From IMG/VR virus record IMGVR_UViG_3300038417_000475, positions 21,152 through 85,151 of that record: a stretch of DNA of 64,000 nucleotides. The stretch is one strand, 5' to 3'. Below the pieces are notes generated by a model, which was not told the origin of the DNA, ran no database searches, and saw only the letters and a program-made list of their open reading frames with translations. Source of the stretch: a virus. The position numbers were made by a program, and so were the translations under genes. Shown here one piece after another: positions 9,308 through 18,773 of the stretch. The first letter of the stretch is position 1, and each line of letters begins with the position of its first letter.

Positions 9308-9615
9308 TGGCCACAGAGATTCGCAGTAATGGCAGTCATTGGGCTGGAGAGGCCCCAGATACCATTGAGCAACTATTAGAGTGCCTCAGCAACCATGCCC
9401 TTGATAGGGTATTTGAGCAATGCGGCAATTTCTACGAGGTAGAGGGCGGCGGAAGTGTCCGATTCTTTGGCAACTTCCGGGATGTCTCCCATGTCTTCAA
9501 CATAACATCGGATGATCCAGAGGTTACGAGGAAACTCATCAAGGCTATTGACCTCAACAGACAACGACCGGACTATAAGAGCCAACCAAAACCGAAGGCT
9601 GGCAAGGTACCATGA
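9307..9615 (+). CDS. hypothetical protein
   Basis: SD GAGGAGG, TGATG coupling. Confidence 0.65.
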   Translation: MATEIRSNGSHWAGEAPDTIEQLLECLSNHALDRVFEQCGNFYEVEGGGSVRFFGNFRDVSHVFNITSDDPEVTRKLIKAIDLNRQRPDYKSQPKPKAGKVP

Positions 9616-9914
9616 AGACTGCTCTCGACATTCCGGTTATTCTCGTGATGCTCCTGCTGCATTTGATAACCAATGGGATGGAGATTCTAGAGACAAGGCT
9701 GAATAACCTCAGCTCGCGCCTGGCGCTCTGGCGGCTGAAAGCCAATGACGCACTCGCAGACCTTGCCCTGGACCAGCACAAAGAGGATGTGGAGTACTGC
9801 AAATTTCTCCTGGAACACCGGAGAGAGAAGAAATTTCAGTGGGTGAATCTCTTAATACTTCTGGCAGGCCAACAGGCTGCCGGAGAGAAGGAGGCTACAG
9901 ATGGCTTTGAGTGA
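9612..9914 (+). CDS. hypothetical protein
   Basis: ATGA-coupled. Confidence 0.5.
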   Translation: MKTALDIPVILVMLLLHLITNGMEILETRLNNLSSRLALWRLKANDALADLALDQHKEDVEYCKFLLEHRREKKFQWVNLLILLAGQQAAGEKEATDGFE

Positions 9915-10095
9915 AGAAACCAAAGCAGGACTGACGAAGCTATTCACTGGCTTCGGTGAGAACATGGGAAAGGGGCTCTGGACCTCTCTCACGTATCTCC
10001 CCAAGACCAAGACAGTGTACCTTCAGACTGCCCCGGGCGGGAAGACGGACTCCGTCGAGGTTATCGAGAGTGAGCCTCAATCGGGTGGCCACTGA
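9901..10095 (+). CDS. hypothetical protein
   Basis: SD AAGGAGG. Confidence 0.55.
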   Translation: MALSEETKAGLTKLFTGFGENMGKGLWTSLTYLPKTKTVYLQTAPGGKTDSVEVIESEPQSGGH

Positions 10096-10275
10096 TGCCA
10101 AACAAGGGAAGTTGGCATAAAGGCAAATGTCAGAAATGTAGGGTGTCTTATAACTGGACAGGCGGGCCCAGGTTGAAAGACGCCAGGTGCCCCAAGTGCG
10201 GTGGCAGCCTGTCATGGGTGTCATGGGATGAAGGTGGCCGTTGGGAAGTGCTCCATGCTTAGAAAGTGAGGAACA

Positions 10276-11349
10276 ATGCACAGATGGACGGATGAAGAGC
10301 GGGATATCGTCCGCCAGCGTTATGACGGAACAAGGGCATCGGCAGAGGCAATCGCCCGGGAACTGGGCGGCCTGACATTCCTCCAGGTCAGAGGGCAGGT
10401 CCAAAAACTGAAACTCGGCCATCCTTCTGAGAAGTGGAGCCCTGAGGATCTGGCGTTCCTACGTAAGAACTATGGGCTAGTTCCCGACGAGGTGATAGAG
10501 AAGAAGCTCAAGAGGACGCATAATTCCATCATCCTGACAGTCAAGCGGCGTTTGCAGATCAACCGCAAGTCGAACTTCTACACCGCCAGGGAGCTCGCCA
10601 AAATCCTCGGCATATCCTGCTCGAAGACCATTACGGAAACCTGGATGCCGCGCAAGTGGATCCGGGGAATAAAATCCCCTGTCCGCTGCGGCCCCAATAT
10701 CATGTGGAGTTTCAAGGAAGAGGAGATCACCCGCTGCCTCAGAGCGCGGCCCTACCTGGTAGAGATCTCAGATATCCAGGAAGAGCATCTCTTCCGCTCG
10801 GTTGTCCAGGAGGAATGGGATAGAGACCCCTGGTATGGTCTTGAAGAGGCGGGGTATCTCCTGGATGTCGGCGACAATGCTGTAGTCAAGTATATCAGGC
10901 GGGGAGATCTGCCGGCAACGAAGAAGACCGGCGGCCCGTGGCAGGGCGTGTGGATTGTCCGGAGAAGCGCAATAGAGGAGTTTCTGAAGAACGACCGGAG
11001 ATTCAAGGTCCATATGCAGAAGCTGGAAATGAGCCGGAAGGTCTTGAGGTTCGAAAGGGGAGAGGCCTGGATGCTCGGCAAACTCTGGCTCATCCTCTGT
11101 CCCGGCTGCCGGCGCCATGTCGAGGTCCTGGCCCCGAAGCAACTGGATTACAAAGAGATCGTGCCGAAATTTGTCGAGGCTTTCGTCAAAGGTGGCTGCC
11201 ACCATGACGAGAGGGCATCATTGATAGACTGGAAATCTGGAGAGCCCAATGGAAAGGCCAAACTTCTCACAAAGCTGATAGATGAGCACCCTACATGGTC
11301 CGCTTCTCAGATAGTCAAAGAGGCAGAGAGAATTGGAGGTCAAATATGA
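10276..11349 (+). CDS. multi-HTH DNA-binding protein
   Basis: Myb-like repeats 'RWTDEERDIVRQRY'/'KWSPEDLAFLRKNY', 'YTARELAKILG', excisionase-like HTH, CxxC. Confidence 0.65.
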   Translation: MHRWTDEERDIVRQRYDGTRASAEAIARELGGLTFLQVRGQVQKLKLGHPSEKWSPEDLAFLRKNYGLVPDEVIEKKLKRTHNSIILTVKRRLQINRKSNFYTARELAKILGISCSKTITETWMPRKWIRGIKSPVRCGPNIMWSFKEEEITRCLRARPYLVEISDIQEEHLFRSVVQEEWDRDPWYGLEEAGYLLDVGDNAVVKYIRRGDLPATKKTGGPWQGVWIVRRSAIEEFLKNDRRFKVHMQKLEMSRKVLRFERGEAWMLGKLWLILCPGCRRHVEVLAPKQLDYKEIVPKFVEAFVKGGCHHDERASLIDWKSGEPNGKAKLLTKLIDEHPTWSASQIVKEAERIGGQI

Positions 11350-12023
11350 GCTATCGTGTATTTTTCTCTATGTCGTCAGGCCTTAAAGAGCCTATTACCG
11401 TACCAAAGGGAACACTGAAAGAAATCCTTGATCGGGTTACACTGACTGAGGAGACATTGGGGTTTGAGGCTGAGCAATACCGAGACAACCCTAAGCACTG
11501 GAAAGGTACTACACCAAAAGAGGGTATATCCGACAAAGTGTTCTGTGAGGTTGCCGAGGAACATAATCGTTTCGTCAGATGGCTCCATCAGAGGCTCGCG
11601 GAATGTTCCAAAACTCCGCCTGCTGATGGCGAGGTTATTACTCCTGAGGATGCGGCTTCATTCTGGCATGGCCTTACCATCATTGAGGTCCCAGCCTATA
11701 GGTGGACGGGTGATTATTACCGCGCCAGGATGGATGCCATTTATCAAGCAATGAGAGGGCATGAAAGCGAGGGCATTATCTTCGAGAGTAAGCGGCTGAC
11801 TCCAAGGCAAGCAGCCGACGTGATCAATCTTTTCAGCCCATTTCTCGACCTGACTGATTTACGTCTGGATGTACCGAAGGGTTGCGATCAACTAGCCTCA
11901 TCATCCGATGGTGGCTATGTGTGGTGTGAGAAATGTGGAGCTGTCACTCCTGAATATGCTGAGGCTTGCCGGAAGAAAGGTTGCCCTGCGAAGGAGGAAG
12001 AGGATGCCAACGGCAATTTGTAA
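11346..12023 (+). CDS. hypothetical protein with C-terminal Zn finger
   Basis: ATGA-coupled; 'WCEKCG..C...C'. Confidence 0.65.
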   Translation: MSYRVFFSMSSGLKEPITVPKGTLKEILDRVTLTEETLGFEAEQYRDNPKHWKGTTPKEGISDKVFCEVAEEHNRFVRWLHQRLAECSKTPPADGEVITPEDAASFWHGLTIIEVPAYRWTGDYYRARMDAIYQAMRGHESEGIIFESKRLTPRQAADVINLFSPFLDLTDLRLDVPKGCDQLASSSDGGYVWCEKCGAVTPEYAEACRKKGCPAKEEEDANGNL

Positions 12024-12212
12024 GAAGTGTCAGAAGACAACGAACTGGAGAAACCGGCGCGGGGTGAGACTCTCCGATATCCGGTGTGAGTGCGGTGGGG
12101 AGCTAACCAGGCGCGGCACGTCTGGTGTAAGAGCCCGAATTGCATACATCCTGAACAGAAGAGGGACTGCCGGCAGTGCCCTGAACATCAAGACCGCTAT
12201 GAGGCATACTGA
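12004..12212 (+). pseudogene. Cys-rich small ORF with frameshift near 12105
   Basis: 'CKKC..CECGG' continues in another frame as 'WCKSPNC..CRQC..YEAY*' ending at TGATG. Confidence 0.4.
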
Positions 12213-12774
12213 TGTCAAGAACGTCAAGAACGTATACAAATGCCGACAAGAACGTACACCGGCAAAGCCTGGGCTTCGAGATACCGGAAACTCCCAAGAA
12301 GGCAGATCTCAAACCGGCTGAAGACCTGGCGGGTGTTTTCTGCGATCCGATAATAGTCATGCCCAACGGATGGGGCAACGATCTGCCCCCCGAGATCAAG
12401 AAGCAGGTGACCATGCAGCGGTTGCTCCGCCTGGCGCGAAGTGCAGAGCATCCTGAGGAGCTGGAACTGGCCACCGATGCCGAAATAGCCTGCTACATGT
12501 TTACAGTGACTATGGACCATCCGGTGCATAACGAATGGGTACAGATCTATATGTTCGTCATGACCCGCTTCATGGGGAGAAGTTCCCGGAAGACATGAAG
12601 GTGACCGAGCTCTCGCAGTATGAGGAAAGCATGCTGCGCGACCTCCAGCGGTGGATAGTCCAGCAGCAGTTAAAGCATCGCGCTGAGGCGCGGCGGGCTG
12701 AGAAGGTGAAGAAAGTGAGAGAGGTGCCGAAGGTGAAAGAGGCGCAAACAGCTATAGCATTTGATTTCAAGTAG
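12212..12774 (+). pseudogene. conserved hypothetical gene split by -1 frameshift at ATGGGGAG (~12575)
   Basis: ORFs 12212-12598 and 12535-12774 join as '...TRFMG-EKFPEDM...'. Confidence 0.55.
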
Positions 12775-12786
12775 GAGGAGGAACTG

Positions 12787-13098
12787 ATGCCGAAGAGTGA
12801 TCTATATGAGGGTAGCCAGCAGACTATTGTCTTGAAGAATGGGCGACCATTGCCCATAGAGCCAAGCCGCAAGCTCGCAAGCAAATCAACAGAGTTCAGT
12901 TGGTCTTATGGTGGAAGTGGCCCGGCGCAGCTCGCCCTGGCCCTGCTCTACGATGTCACCGGCGATGAAAAACTGTCCCTGGATCTCTTCCAGGACTTCA
13001 AGTGGACCGTCGTGGCCGGGTGGGGTGAGACCTGGGTCATCACCGCTGACGGAATCCGGAAGTGGATCGCAGCTAAGAAGGCCGGACAGAGTGAATAA
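12787..13098 (+). CDS. DUF6166-like protein
   Basis: 'FSWSYGGSGPAQLALALL..FQDFK' signature. Confidence 0.75.
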   Translation: MPKSDLYEGSQQTIVLKNGRPLPIEPSRKLASKSTEFSWSYGGSGPAQLALALLYDVTGDEKLSLDLFQDFKWTVVAGWGETWVITADGIRKWIAAKKAGQSE

Positions 13099-13216
13099 CC
13101 AATGTAAAGCTATGGTTAAAAGGGGCTATGGGGGAGTCTGGGGGAAGTGCAAGCGTGCCGCTGTGCCAGGTCAAAGGTTCTGTCAGCAACACATGAAGAA
13201 GCACAAAGGGGGTTGA

Positions 13217-13420
13217 ATGGACGAGAACGAGAAAAAATTACAAGAGCTGCAGGAGTACCGGGATGCCATGATAAAAGAAGGCTATTTCAAAACTGCTGAG
13301 GCATTGATCATGTTTAAGCTGGAGTGCCGCAAGGTGGAAACTCTCATGGAGATCTCGAAGAGCCTGACCAGCATAGAGAACTGCCTATGGCGAGAGTATA
13401 GCGAGAAAAAGGTTCACTGA
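13217..13420 (+). CDS. hypothetical protein
   Basis: SD GGGGG. Confidence 0.55.
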   Translation: MDENEKKLQELQEYRDAMIKEGYFKTAEALIMFKLECRKVETLMEISKSLTSIENCLWREYSEKKVH

Positions 13421-13581
13421 AAGGAGCTTATGTCTGAAATCGAACAGGTTCCCGAAAATGTGAGTGCGGTTATCCATTACGCTACCCGATCTGGCGCATC
13501 GGATATCTGCGGCCAGGTCAGAGGTACGTCTGCACTCAGTGTGCAGCGAAGAAATACAGAGTCACTGAGGCGATTACTCTG

Positions 13582-13929
13582 ATGGCAGCCAACTTGGGCC
13601 TCCAGAAGTGCTTCACTCACTTTGGCAGCCCTCAGTGGATTCCGCCGCAGTCTCCCGGAGAAGCGATTATCTGTAACCGTTGTCCGATGGCGGATGCCTG
13701 CCAGTCGATGACCGGAGACGGTGAAAAGTTGGCCGCCACCTTTAAGGACTGCCTGACTCGCATCGGCCCGATGGATACTCACGAGATAGAGATGGCCTAT
13801 GCCGCCTGGTGCAGGTACAACAGGCTGGAGCCTGGCGACTGGCTACACCTGGCCAAGTGGTTGGAATCCGGCCACCCGAAAGCGGATTACGCCCTGCAGA
13901 AGCTGGGCTTGAAGAAAGGGGGTGATTAA
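13582..13929 (+). CDS. hypothetical Cys-containing protein
   Basis: CxxC, operon context. Confidence 0.55.
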   Translation: MAANLGLQKCFTHFGSPQWIPPQSPGEAIICNRCPMADACQSMTGDGEKLAATFKDCLTRIGPMDTHEIEMAYAAWCRYNRLEPGDWLHLAKWLESGHPKADYALQKLGLKKGGD

Positions 13930-13931
13930 GA

Positions 13932-14411
13932 GTGAACAAGATACCCAAAGCTATAGAGACAGTGTTCCTGTTAAATGAGACCCATGATCTCATTGTCCGC
14001 GCGAGAGATCTGGGCCTCGGCATACCGTCGGAACAAGCGGATATTCTGCGTGCCGTCTCCCTTATAGAGAGCACCGAGAAGCATGCGACTCCCAGCAAGC
14101 TGGCCAGGATGATGACGAGGGCGCCGCATACCATGTCCGGGATGCTCAACCGCATGGAGGACAATGGCCTCGTCAAGAGGAAGAGGCGTGCTGACCCGAG
14201 AAAGAACATCATCTGGATCGAGCTGACCCCGAAAGGTCAGGAGGCCCTTAAAACGGCAGAGAATCAGCTGATTGCCGAAACGATCTTCAGCAGCATCGGA
14301 AGCGGCGAGCGGATGGAGCTGGTGCGGATACTGGAGAAGCTCCGGAATAAGGCGCTTCACAAGATCAAGGACCTCCAGCCTCTGCCATATGCCCTGAAAG
14401 GGAAGACATAG
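13932..14411 (+). CDS. MarR-family transcriptional regulator
   Basis: wHTH 'TPSKLARMMTRAPHTMSGMLNRMEDNGLV..IELTPKG'. Confidence 0.85.
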   Translation: MNKIPKAIETVFLLNETHDLIVRARDLGLGIPSEQADILRAVSLIESTEKHATPSKLARMMTRAPHTMSGMLNRMEDNGLVKRKRRADPRKNIIWIELTPKGQEALKTAENQLIAETIFSSIGSGERMELVRILEKLRNKALHKIKDLQPLPYALKGKT

Positions 14412-14598
14412 AGGTTGGAGCCCCGCCCAGCAGGTTACCGGGGGGAAGGCCTGTGGGCTTGTGGCCCAGGGCGGGGCTCCTCCCCGATAATATCAGCGGG
14501 ATGTCAGTGAATGTCAATAGGCTAAGCTGAATTGCAAAGGTGAAATATGACACCAGGCGTTGGCCTGGTTTTTTTGTATAATTTGGGAGAGGTGATTT

Positions 14599-14805
14599 AT
14601 GAAAATTGAAGAGAGAGCCGAGAGGTTAAAGAGATCTGCCGACCGCATGGAGAAGATGGCCAGGGAGGGATTTGACCAGTCGGGGAACGGCAAGCAGCCC
14701 AACATCCCCCGCAAGATCATCCGGAAGGAAGCTGCCATCCTGCTAAAGAGGACCATGGAGCTTTTCCTGGCCCTTTATGGTGAAGAGGTTGACTACAAGG
14801 ATTGA
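14599..14805 (+). CDS. hypothetical protein
   Basis: SD GAGGTG. Confidence 0.55.
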   Translation: MKIEERAERLKRSADRMEKMAREGFDQSGNGKQPNIPRKIIRKEAAILLKRTMELFLALYGEEVDYKD

Positions 14806-14806
14806 G

Positions 14807-15010
14807 ATGCCGTACAGAAAAGGCGGCTGGACACCTGAAGAGAAGGCCGAGGCGATTGGTAATGTACTAAAGGAAGCTGGCATTACCCTCCACCAGCCGA
14901 AGCAATGCCGATACTGCAATTTCTACAAGCGCAACACAAGATGGTGTAAGTCTCTTCATCGTACAGTCAGGCTAAGCGATGGCTGTCTAAATTGGGAGTT
15001 GAGAAAATGA
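14807..15010 (+). CDS. small Cys-rich hypothetical protein
   Basis: CRYC..C..C. Confidence 0.5.
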   Translation: MPYRKGGWTPEEKAEAIGNVLKEAGITLHQPKQCRYCNFYKRNTRWCKSLHRTVRLSDGCLNWELRK

Positions 15011-15402
15011 CTACGCGGGATGATTGGGAGTCTGCTGCCGGCAGAAAATGCGCCAAGTGCGGTCGGGAGGCTTACCGCCTGGTGAAAGGTATCTGTCTGC
15101 CCTGCTCCGGAGAGGAAGCCGATGAGGTCCAGCTCCTACGGGCAGTCGTTGAACTAGGTAAAGAGCTATCCGATGAGGATATGAAAATTGTATGGGAGTG
15201 GAACAAGGAACATCAGGTCTTCCTGGAAAGTCTTCAGGAGATCGCTCGAGCGCAGCACCTTACGTTTAATCCCAAGCTACATCTCAAAGAGTGGATAATC
15301 AGGCGGGTGGCTGCCGGCAATTTCTGTTTCACCCCGGGGCGGGCGTGCCCATGTCCACAACCGTCCGCTGTTCGCTGCCCTCTTCTTGTCCCGGGCAAGT
15401 GA
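15007..15402 (+). CDS. Zn-finger hypothetical protein
   Basis: CAKC/CLPC, C-terminal CPCP. Confidence 0.55.
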   Translation: MTTRDDWESAAGRKCAKCGREAYRLVKGICLPCSGEEADEVQLLRAVVELGKELSDEDMKIVWEWNKEHQVFLESLQEIARAQHLTFNPKLHLKEWIIRRVAAGNFCFTPGRACPCPQPSAVRCPLLVPGK

Positions 15403-15817
15403 TAATCAGGACTTGCTCTTCCCTGTCTATTTCCAGCTTGCAGACTTGCCCATCATATTTGGCCGTGGGTACCTGCTCCAGCTTCTCGCTCTCGACAAAA
15501 GGGAATCCTTCCTCTGTCGTCACGTCAATCAGATCAAGCCCAACATCGCCAGGGATATTGGACTCAAAGCGTCCCTGTACCACCATCTCTTTGATCGGGC
15601 CGCAGGGTTTGCAACCCTCACCGACAAAAAGCCGTATCGCCTTCTTCGCCATCGCTTCCTCCTGATAGACTGCCGGGACGCAGTTCGTCATTCTATCAAC
15701 TAATTCCCCCCGTGTCATACCCTTATGGACCCCGCAGCGGACTGATGCTGCCGCGATTGCTCTCTGTTGCCATGTTTGAGGATAACTCGAAGGGGTGGCC
15801 CTCACAATCATCGTCAT
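15329..15817 (-). CDS. Cys-module fused to thioredoxin-like domain (internal start at 15652 possible)
   Basis: 'EGCKPC' CxxC and 'QVPT' cis-Pro; AGGAGG before internal ATG. Confidence 0.65.
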   Translation of the reverse strand: MTMIVRATPSSYPQTWQQRAIAAASVRCGVHKGMTRGELVDRMTNCVPAVYQEEAMAKKAIRLFVGEGCKPCGPIKEMVVQGRFESNIPGDVGLDLIDVTTEEGFPFVESEKLEQVPTAKYDGQVCKLEIDREEQVLIITCPGQEEGSEQRTVVDMGTPAPG

Positions 15818-16011
15818 TTCGTTATCTCCAAAGCTATCGTCTTATGAGGTAGGCAGAAGGTCGCTGAGGTTATCTGTGCACCCCGAGGAATCTTCTGACA
15901 GCCAAGAGTGTCTACCGTGGCAGTAGTCCCATCCGAGTGTTCTATAACAATTTGCTTTACCGGGCTTAAACGAATCGGGCGGGGATTTCTCCTCGCCCGA
16001 TGTTCGCCCAT
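15814..16011 (-). CDS. hypothetical protein
   Basis: ATGA-coupled. Confidence 0.5.
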   Translation of the reverse strand: MGEHRARRNPRPIRLSPVKQIVIEHSDGTTATVDTLGCQKIPRGAQITSATFCLPHKTIALEITK

Positions 16012-16027
16012 TTTATTCCAGCCTCAG

Positions 16028-16270
16028 CTAGAACTTGCCGGGTACGCAGTCGGTCATCGCGGTGACCAGAGCGCCTCTGGACATACCCTTATGGATGCCG
16101 CACGCCTTAGCCGCGTCCTTCACTTTCTTTTGCTGTGAAGTCATAGGATAAGGCGCCGGATAGGAAGCCAGCACAAACCCCTCATGGTGCACCGTGGTGA
16201 TGCTCTCCAGTCTATGGGACTTGGGCCGTCTTTTCAGGTATCCGAAGGACTTCAGGTTCTTTAGGATCAT
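16028..16270 (-). CDS. small basic Cys protein, paralog of N-terminus of 15329-15817
   Basis: 'CGIHKGMSRGALVTAMTDCVP' vs 'CGVHKGMTRGELVDRMTNCVP'. Confidence 0.7.
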   Translation of the reverse strand: MILKNLKSFGYLKRRPKSHRLESITTVHHEGFVLASYPAPYPMTSQQKKVKDAAKACGIHKGMSRGALVTAMTDCVPGKF

Positions 16271-16285
16271 TTCGGTACCTCCCTT

Positions 16286-16624
16286 CTATTCCCCTTTGCC
16301 CGGGGGTTCGGGGTTGGCCTCTTGTCCTCTAACGACTGCCGTTCGACCGCTTTCATTATCAGACAACGTTTGTCCGTTTGTCAATAGGGCCTGATTGATA
16401 TAGAACGCCGCATGTTCGCGGCATGATTTGTGGCGGCATAAGAGGAACATGGCATCATCAGTGGTCTTCTTGATAACCAGGTACCCCATGTAATGGCCTT
16501 TGGGACACGTGAGCCTGACGGGAGTGCCCAGGGGCGAAAGAGCTTCGAGAATCTCTTCATCAAGCTCTTGTAACGGTGGGTTGCTATTCGGGTTACTGCC
16601 GGCAATGGTTTTATGCTGCTGCAT
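16286..16624 (-). CDS. Zn-ribbon hypothetical protein
   Basis: CPKGH..CRHKSC. Confidence 0.5.
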   Translation of the reverse strand: MQQHKTIAGSNPNSNPPLQELDEEILEALSPLGTPVRLTCPKGHYMGYLVIKKTTDDAMFLLCRHKSCREHAAFYINQALLTNGQTLSDNESGRTAVVRGQEANPEPPGKGE

Positions 16625-16910
16625 TTGCTTTCTGTTTCTCCTTCCAAGCCTGGGCGCACTCCTTCATTTTTGGAGCCGCAGCGCCAAACGGCTGCCCTTT
16701 CAGACCCTTCGTCTTCATGCACTCGCCGATGAAAATATTGTATCCGCTGCGGGTCCTCTTCTTCCTAATTCCACAGACGGTGATCCCCTCGGGGTCTTCG
16801 CACTCCGGGATCTCGTCAACCACTGCGATAGTCCCGACATCGCTGAGGACGCTACGTAGAGCTTCCTTCAACGTAGCCCCGAGGCAGGGAACGCATTTCT
16901 TCTTGGCTAT
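16611..16910 (-). CDS. small basic HMG-box-like protein (probable ATA start)
   Basis: 'KRTRSGYNIFIGECMK..MKECAQAWK'; frame extends upstream to ATA overlapping previous TAG. Confidence 0.55.
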   Translation of the reverse strand: MAKKKCVPCLGATLKEALRSVLSDVGTIAVVDEIPECEDPEGITVCGIRKKRTRSGYNIFIGECMKTKGLKGQPFGAAAPKMKECAQAWKEKQKANAAA

Positions 16911-17242
16911 GTCGCACCGCCTTCAGCCACAGCCACCGGCTGCGCGATATCGCAGGTACCGCACTCCTCTTTTTTCTGGATCTCACAATCGATCGATACC
17001 AGTTTCTCCCGGAGCTCCGGAGGCGCTTTCTCCTTCACCTCATCCATGGCACCTGCCAGATTCCCAATCGTATCGTCATCAGTCATCAGGGCAGTACTCA
17101 TTACCTGCACCAGCTCAGGTTTCCCGCCCTCCGTGAGCGCCCTCCTGTACTTGCCAACCCCTATGGCCACCCTGCAGGGACGGCAATCTTTCCCCTCACC
17201 CTTTACCCACTTCTTCATCGGCTCGAGCTCGCGACAACCCAT
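16907..17242 (-). CDS. Cys-rich hypothetical protein
   Basis: CRPC, CGTC. Confidence 0.6.
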   Translation of the reverse strand: MGCRELEPMKKWVKGEGKDCRPCRVAIGVGKYRRALTEGGKPELVQVMSTALMTDDDTIGNLAGAMDEVKEKAPPELREKLVSIDCEIQKKEECGTCDIAQPVAVAEGGAT

Positions 17243-17532
17243 TACACAACTCCCTTCCGGACTTTACTCAATTCGGCAGACAACTCCCTCCAATGCTGGT
17301 CCTCTTCCCCTGCTATGTGCTCCCACAATTCGGCCGTTCTGACATATCCCTTTACCCGGGCGCTTTTAGCTCTCTCGCGATATACTCTAGCGGCCAGGGT
17401 TTCCTCTTTCATACTCGTGAGAATACATTCCTCCAGTTGCAGGTCGACTTTATGGCCCTGCCGGTCAACCATGAGCTTACCAGACGGGTGACTAGGAGTG
17501 ATCTCACCTTTCCTTATCCTATAGATCTGCAT
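17242..17532 (-). CDS. ferritin/rubrerythrin-like protein
   Basis: 'EETLAARVY..IAGEEDQH' ExxH. Confidence 0.6.
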   Translation of the reverse strand: MQIYRIRKGEITPSHPSGKLMVDRQGHKVDLQLEECILTSMKEETLAARVYRERAKSARVKGYVRTAELWEHIAGEEDQHWRELSAELSKVRKGVV

Positions 17533-17533
17533 A

Positions 17534-18196
17534 CTAACCTCCTTCATAGGGAGTGAACTTGAACCACGGAATTATGATCTCGACGGGCTTACCGTTTATA
17601 GGAGGCTTCCCGCTAACTAACCACAGCTGAAAGTAGGCTAGCAATGGCTTCTGGGGAACGTAGATCAAAGGCTGCTTCGGAGCGTAAGTCCAGCTAGCAC
17701 ACTGCTTTCCCTTGCTGTCGTAGATGGCGAACATGACCTTCGTCTTTGTCCGGAACAGCTTGTGCACCGTCGGACCGGCTGGAATGCCTTTGAACAAATG
17801 GTCAACAAGGTTATAACCGTCCATCTCAGGAAACACAGTGAACTTCCCTGGTGGGCAGTTCGGATCCCTCCACCTTGTTATCTCTATGTCACACTCCTCA
17901 GTCTGCTTCTTCGTGGCAGGGGTATCATGCGGAAAAATGAATAGGCCAAAACACACTCCTGGGTCGAGAGCATTGATATCACTCTGAACATGCCACTCCG
18001 ATGTTCCACTTCCATAGAGTATTTGGGTTCTGGCCTCTGCACAAGGCCATTGATCACCTACATGGGTAATATTCAGGTGCAATGCCCCCTTGTCATCTAC
18101 AGTGACATTGCCAGGGCTCCACTTGTTTGGGCCAGGTGCGCCATCATAATCCCTTACATCCAGAGTAAGACCCATATAATTCACAGTGTTTCCCAT
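17534..18196 (-). CDS. glycoside hydrolase family 16-like protein
   Basis: catalytic ExDxE 'EECDIE', 'NVTVDDKGALHL'. Confidence 0.7.
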   Translation of the reverse strand: MGNTVNYMGLTLDVRDYDGAPGPNKWSPGNVTVDDKGALHLNITHVGDQWPCAEARTQILYGSGTSEWHVQSDINALDPGVCFGLFIFPHDTPATKKQTEECDIEITRWRDPNCPPGKFTVFPEMDGYNLVDHLFKGIPAGPTVHKLFRTKTKVMFAIYDSKGKQCASWTYAPKQPLIYVPQKPLLAYFQLWLVSGKPPINGKPVEIIIPWFKFTPYEGG

Positions 18197-18219
18197 CTCT
18201 TCCTCCGTCCGAATTATTA

Positions 18220-18297
18220 TGGTGGCGGGGGTTGGATTTGAACCAACGACCTCCGGGTTATGGGCCCGACGAGCTGACCTGGCTGCTCTACCCCGCT
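18220..18297 (-). tRNA. tRNA-fMet (CAT), initiator type, CCA encoded
   Basis: cloverleaf AGCGGGG..TTCAAAT..CCCCGCCACCA; 1:72 mismatch, three G-C pairs in anticodon stem; C33. Confidence 0.95.
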
Positions 18298-18303
18298 GTG
18301 CTC

Positions 18304-18333
18304 AGATTAGTGTAACGCTCCTCACGTTGTCAA
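18304..18333 (-). promoter_or_regulatory. sigma70-like promoter of tRNA
   Basis: TTGACA-acgt(18 bp)-TAATCT, 6 nt before tRNA. Confidence 0.75.
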
Positions 18334-18458
18334 TGTGCATCTCGCCAAACGCTCTAAAACGGCCTTTGCTCGGTTGCCGTGACTGTTTCCACCCACCCCA
18401 CGCTCAGACTGTTGCGTTTTTTGGCAGTCTGGCGCATATGGAAATCCTCTTATGGGAA

Positions 18459-18773
18459 TCATTCCTCTTGTGAGCCTTCCGCCAATTTTGGAAACTCCCA
18501 CCGGGACACCGGCTCGGGCTGAAACGCTACCGCCAGCTCCCTGGCTATCTCTTGTGTGGTAGGAGTGATCGAGTAGACAGCCTGAGGGGAGTAGAATTGC
18601 GTTGTCATCTCAGCCGGATTTCCGAATCCGACAGGGCATTTCTTGGGGATATCGAGCCGCAGAAAGGATACACCACCGATCTGTTGCTCGGTCATCAGTC
18701 CTGCCATGCGCCGGTGGCCGAAAAGCTCCAGAATACACCACTCCTTGAATGTCCCATCAGATGATTCAGCCAT
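18459..18773 (-). CDS. conserved phage hypothetical protein
   Basis: 'WCILELFGHRRMAG..FLRLDIP..TQFYS..AVYSITP'. Confidence 0.7.
   Translation of the reverse strand: MAESSDGTFKEWCILELFGHRRMAGLMTEQQIGGVSFLRLDIPKKCPVGFGNPAEMTTQFYSPQAVYSITPTTQEIARELAVAFQPEPVSRWEFPKLAEGSQEE

Noticed and set aside
18220-18297. tRNA as integration (att) site or element boundary
   Set aside because: No duplicated tRNA 3' end was noticed; the tRNA has an element-type promoter and virus-like genes on both sides.
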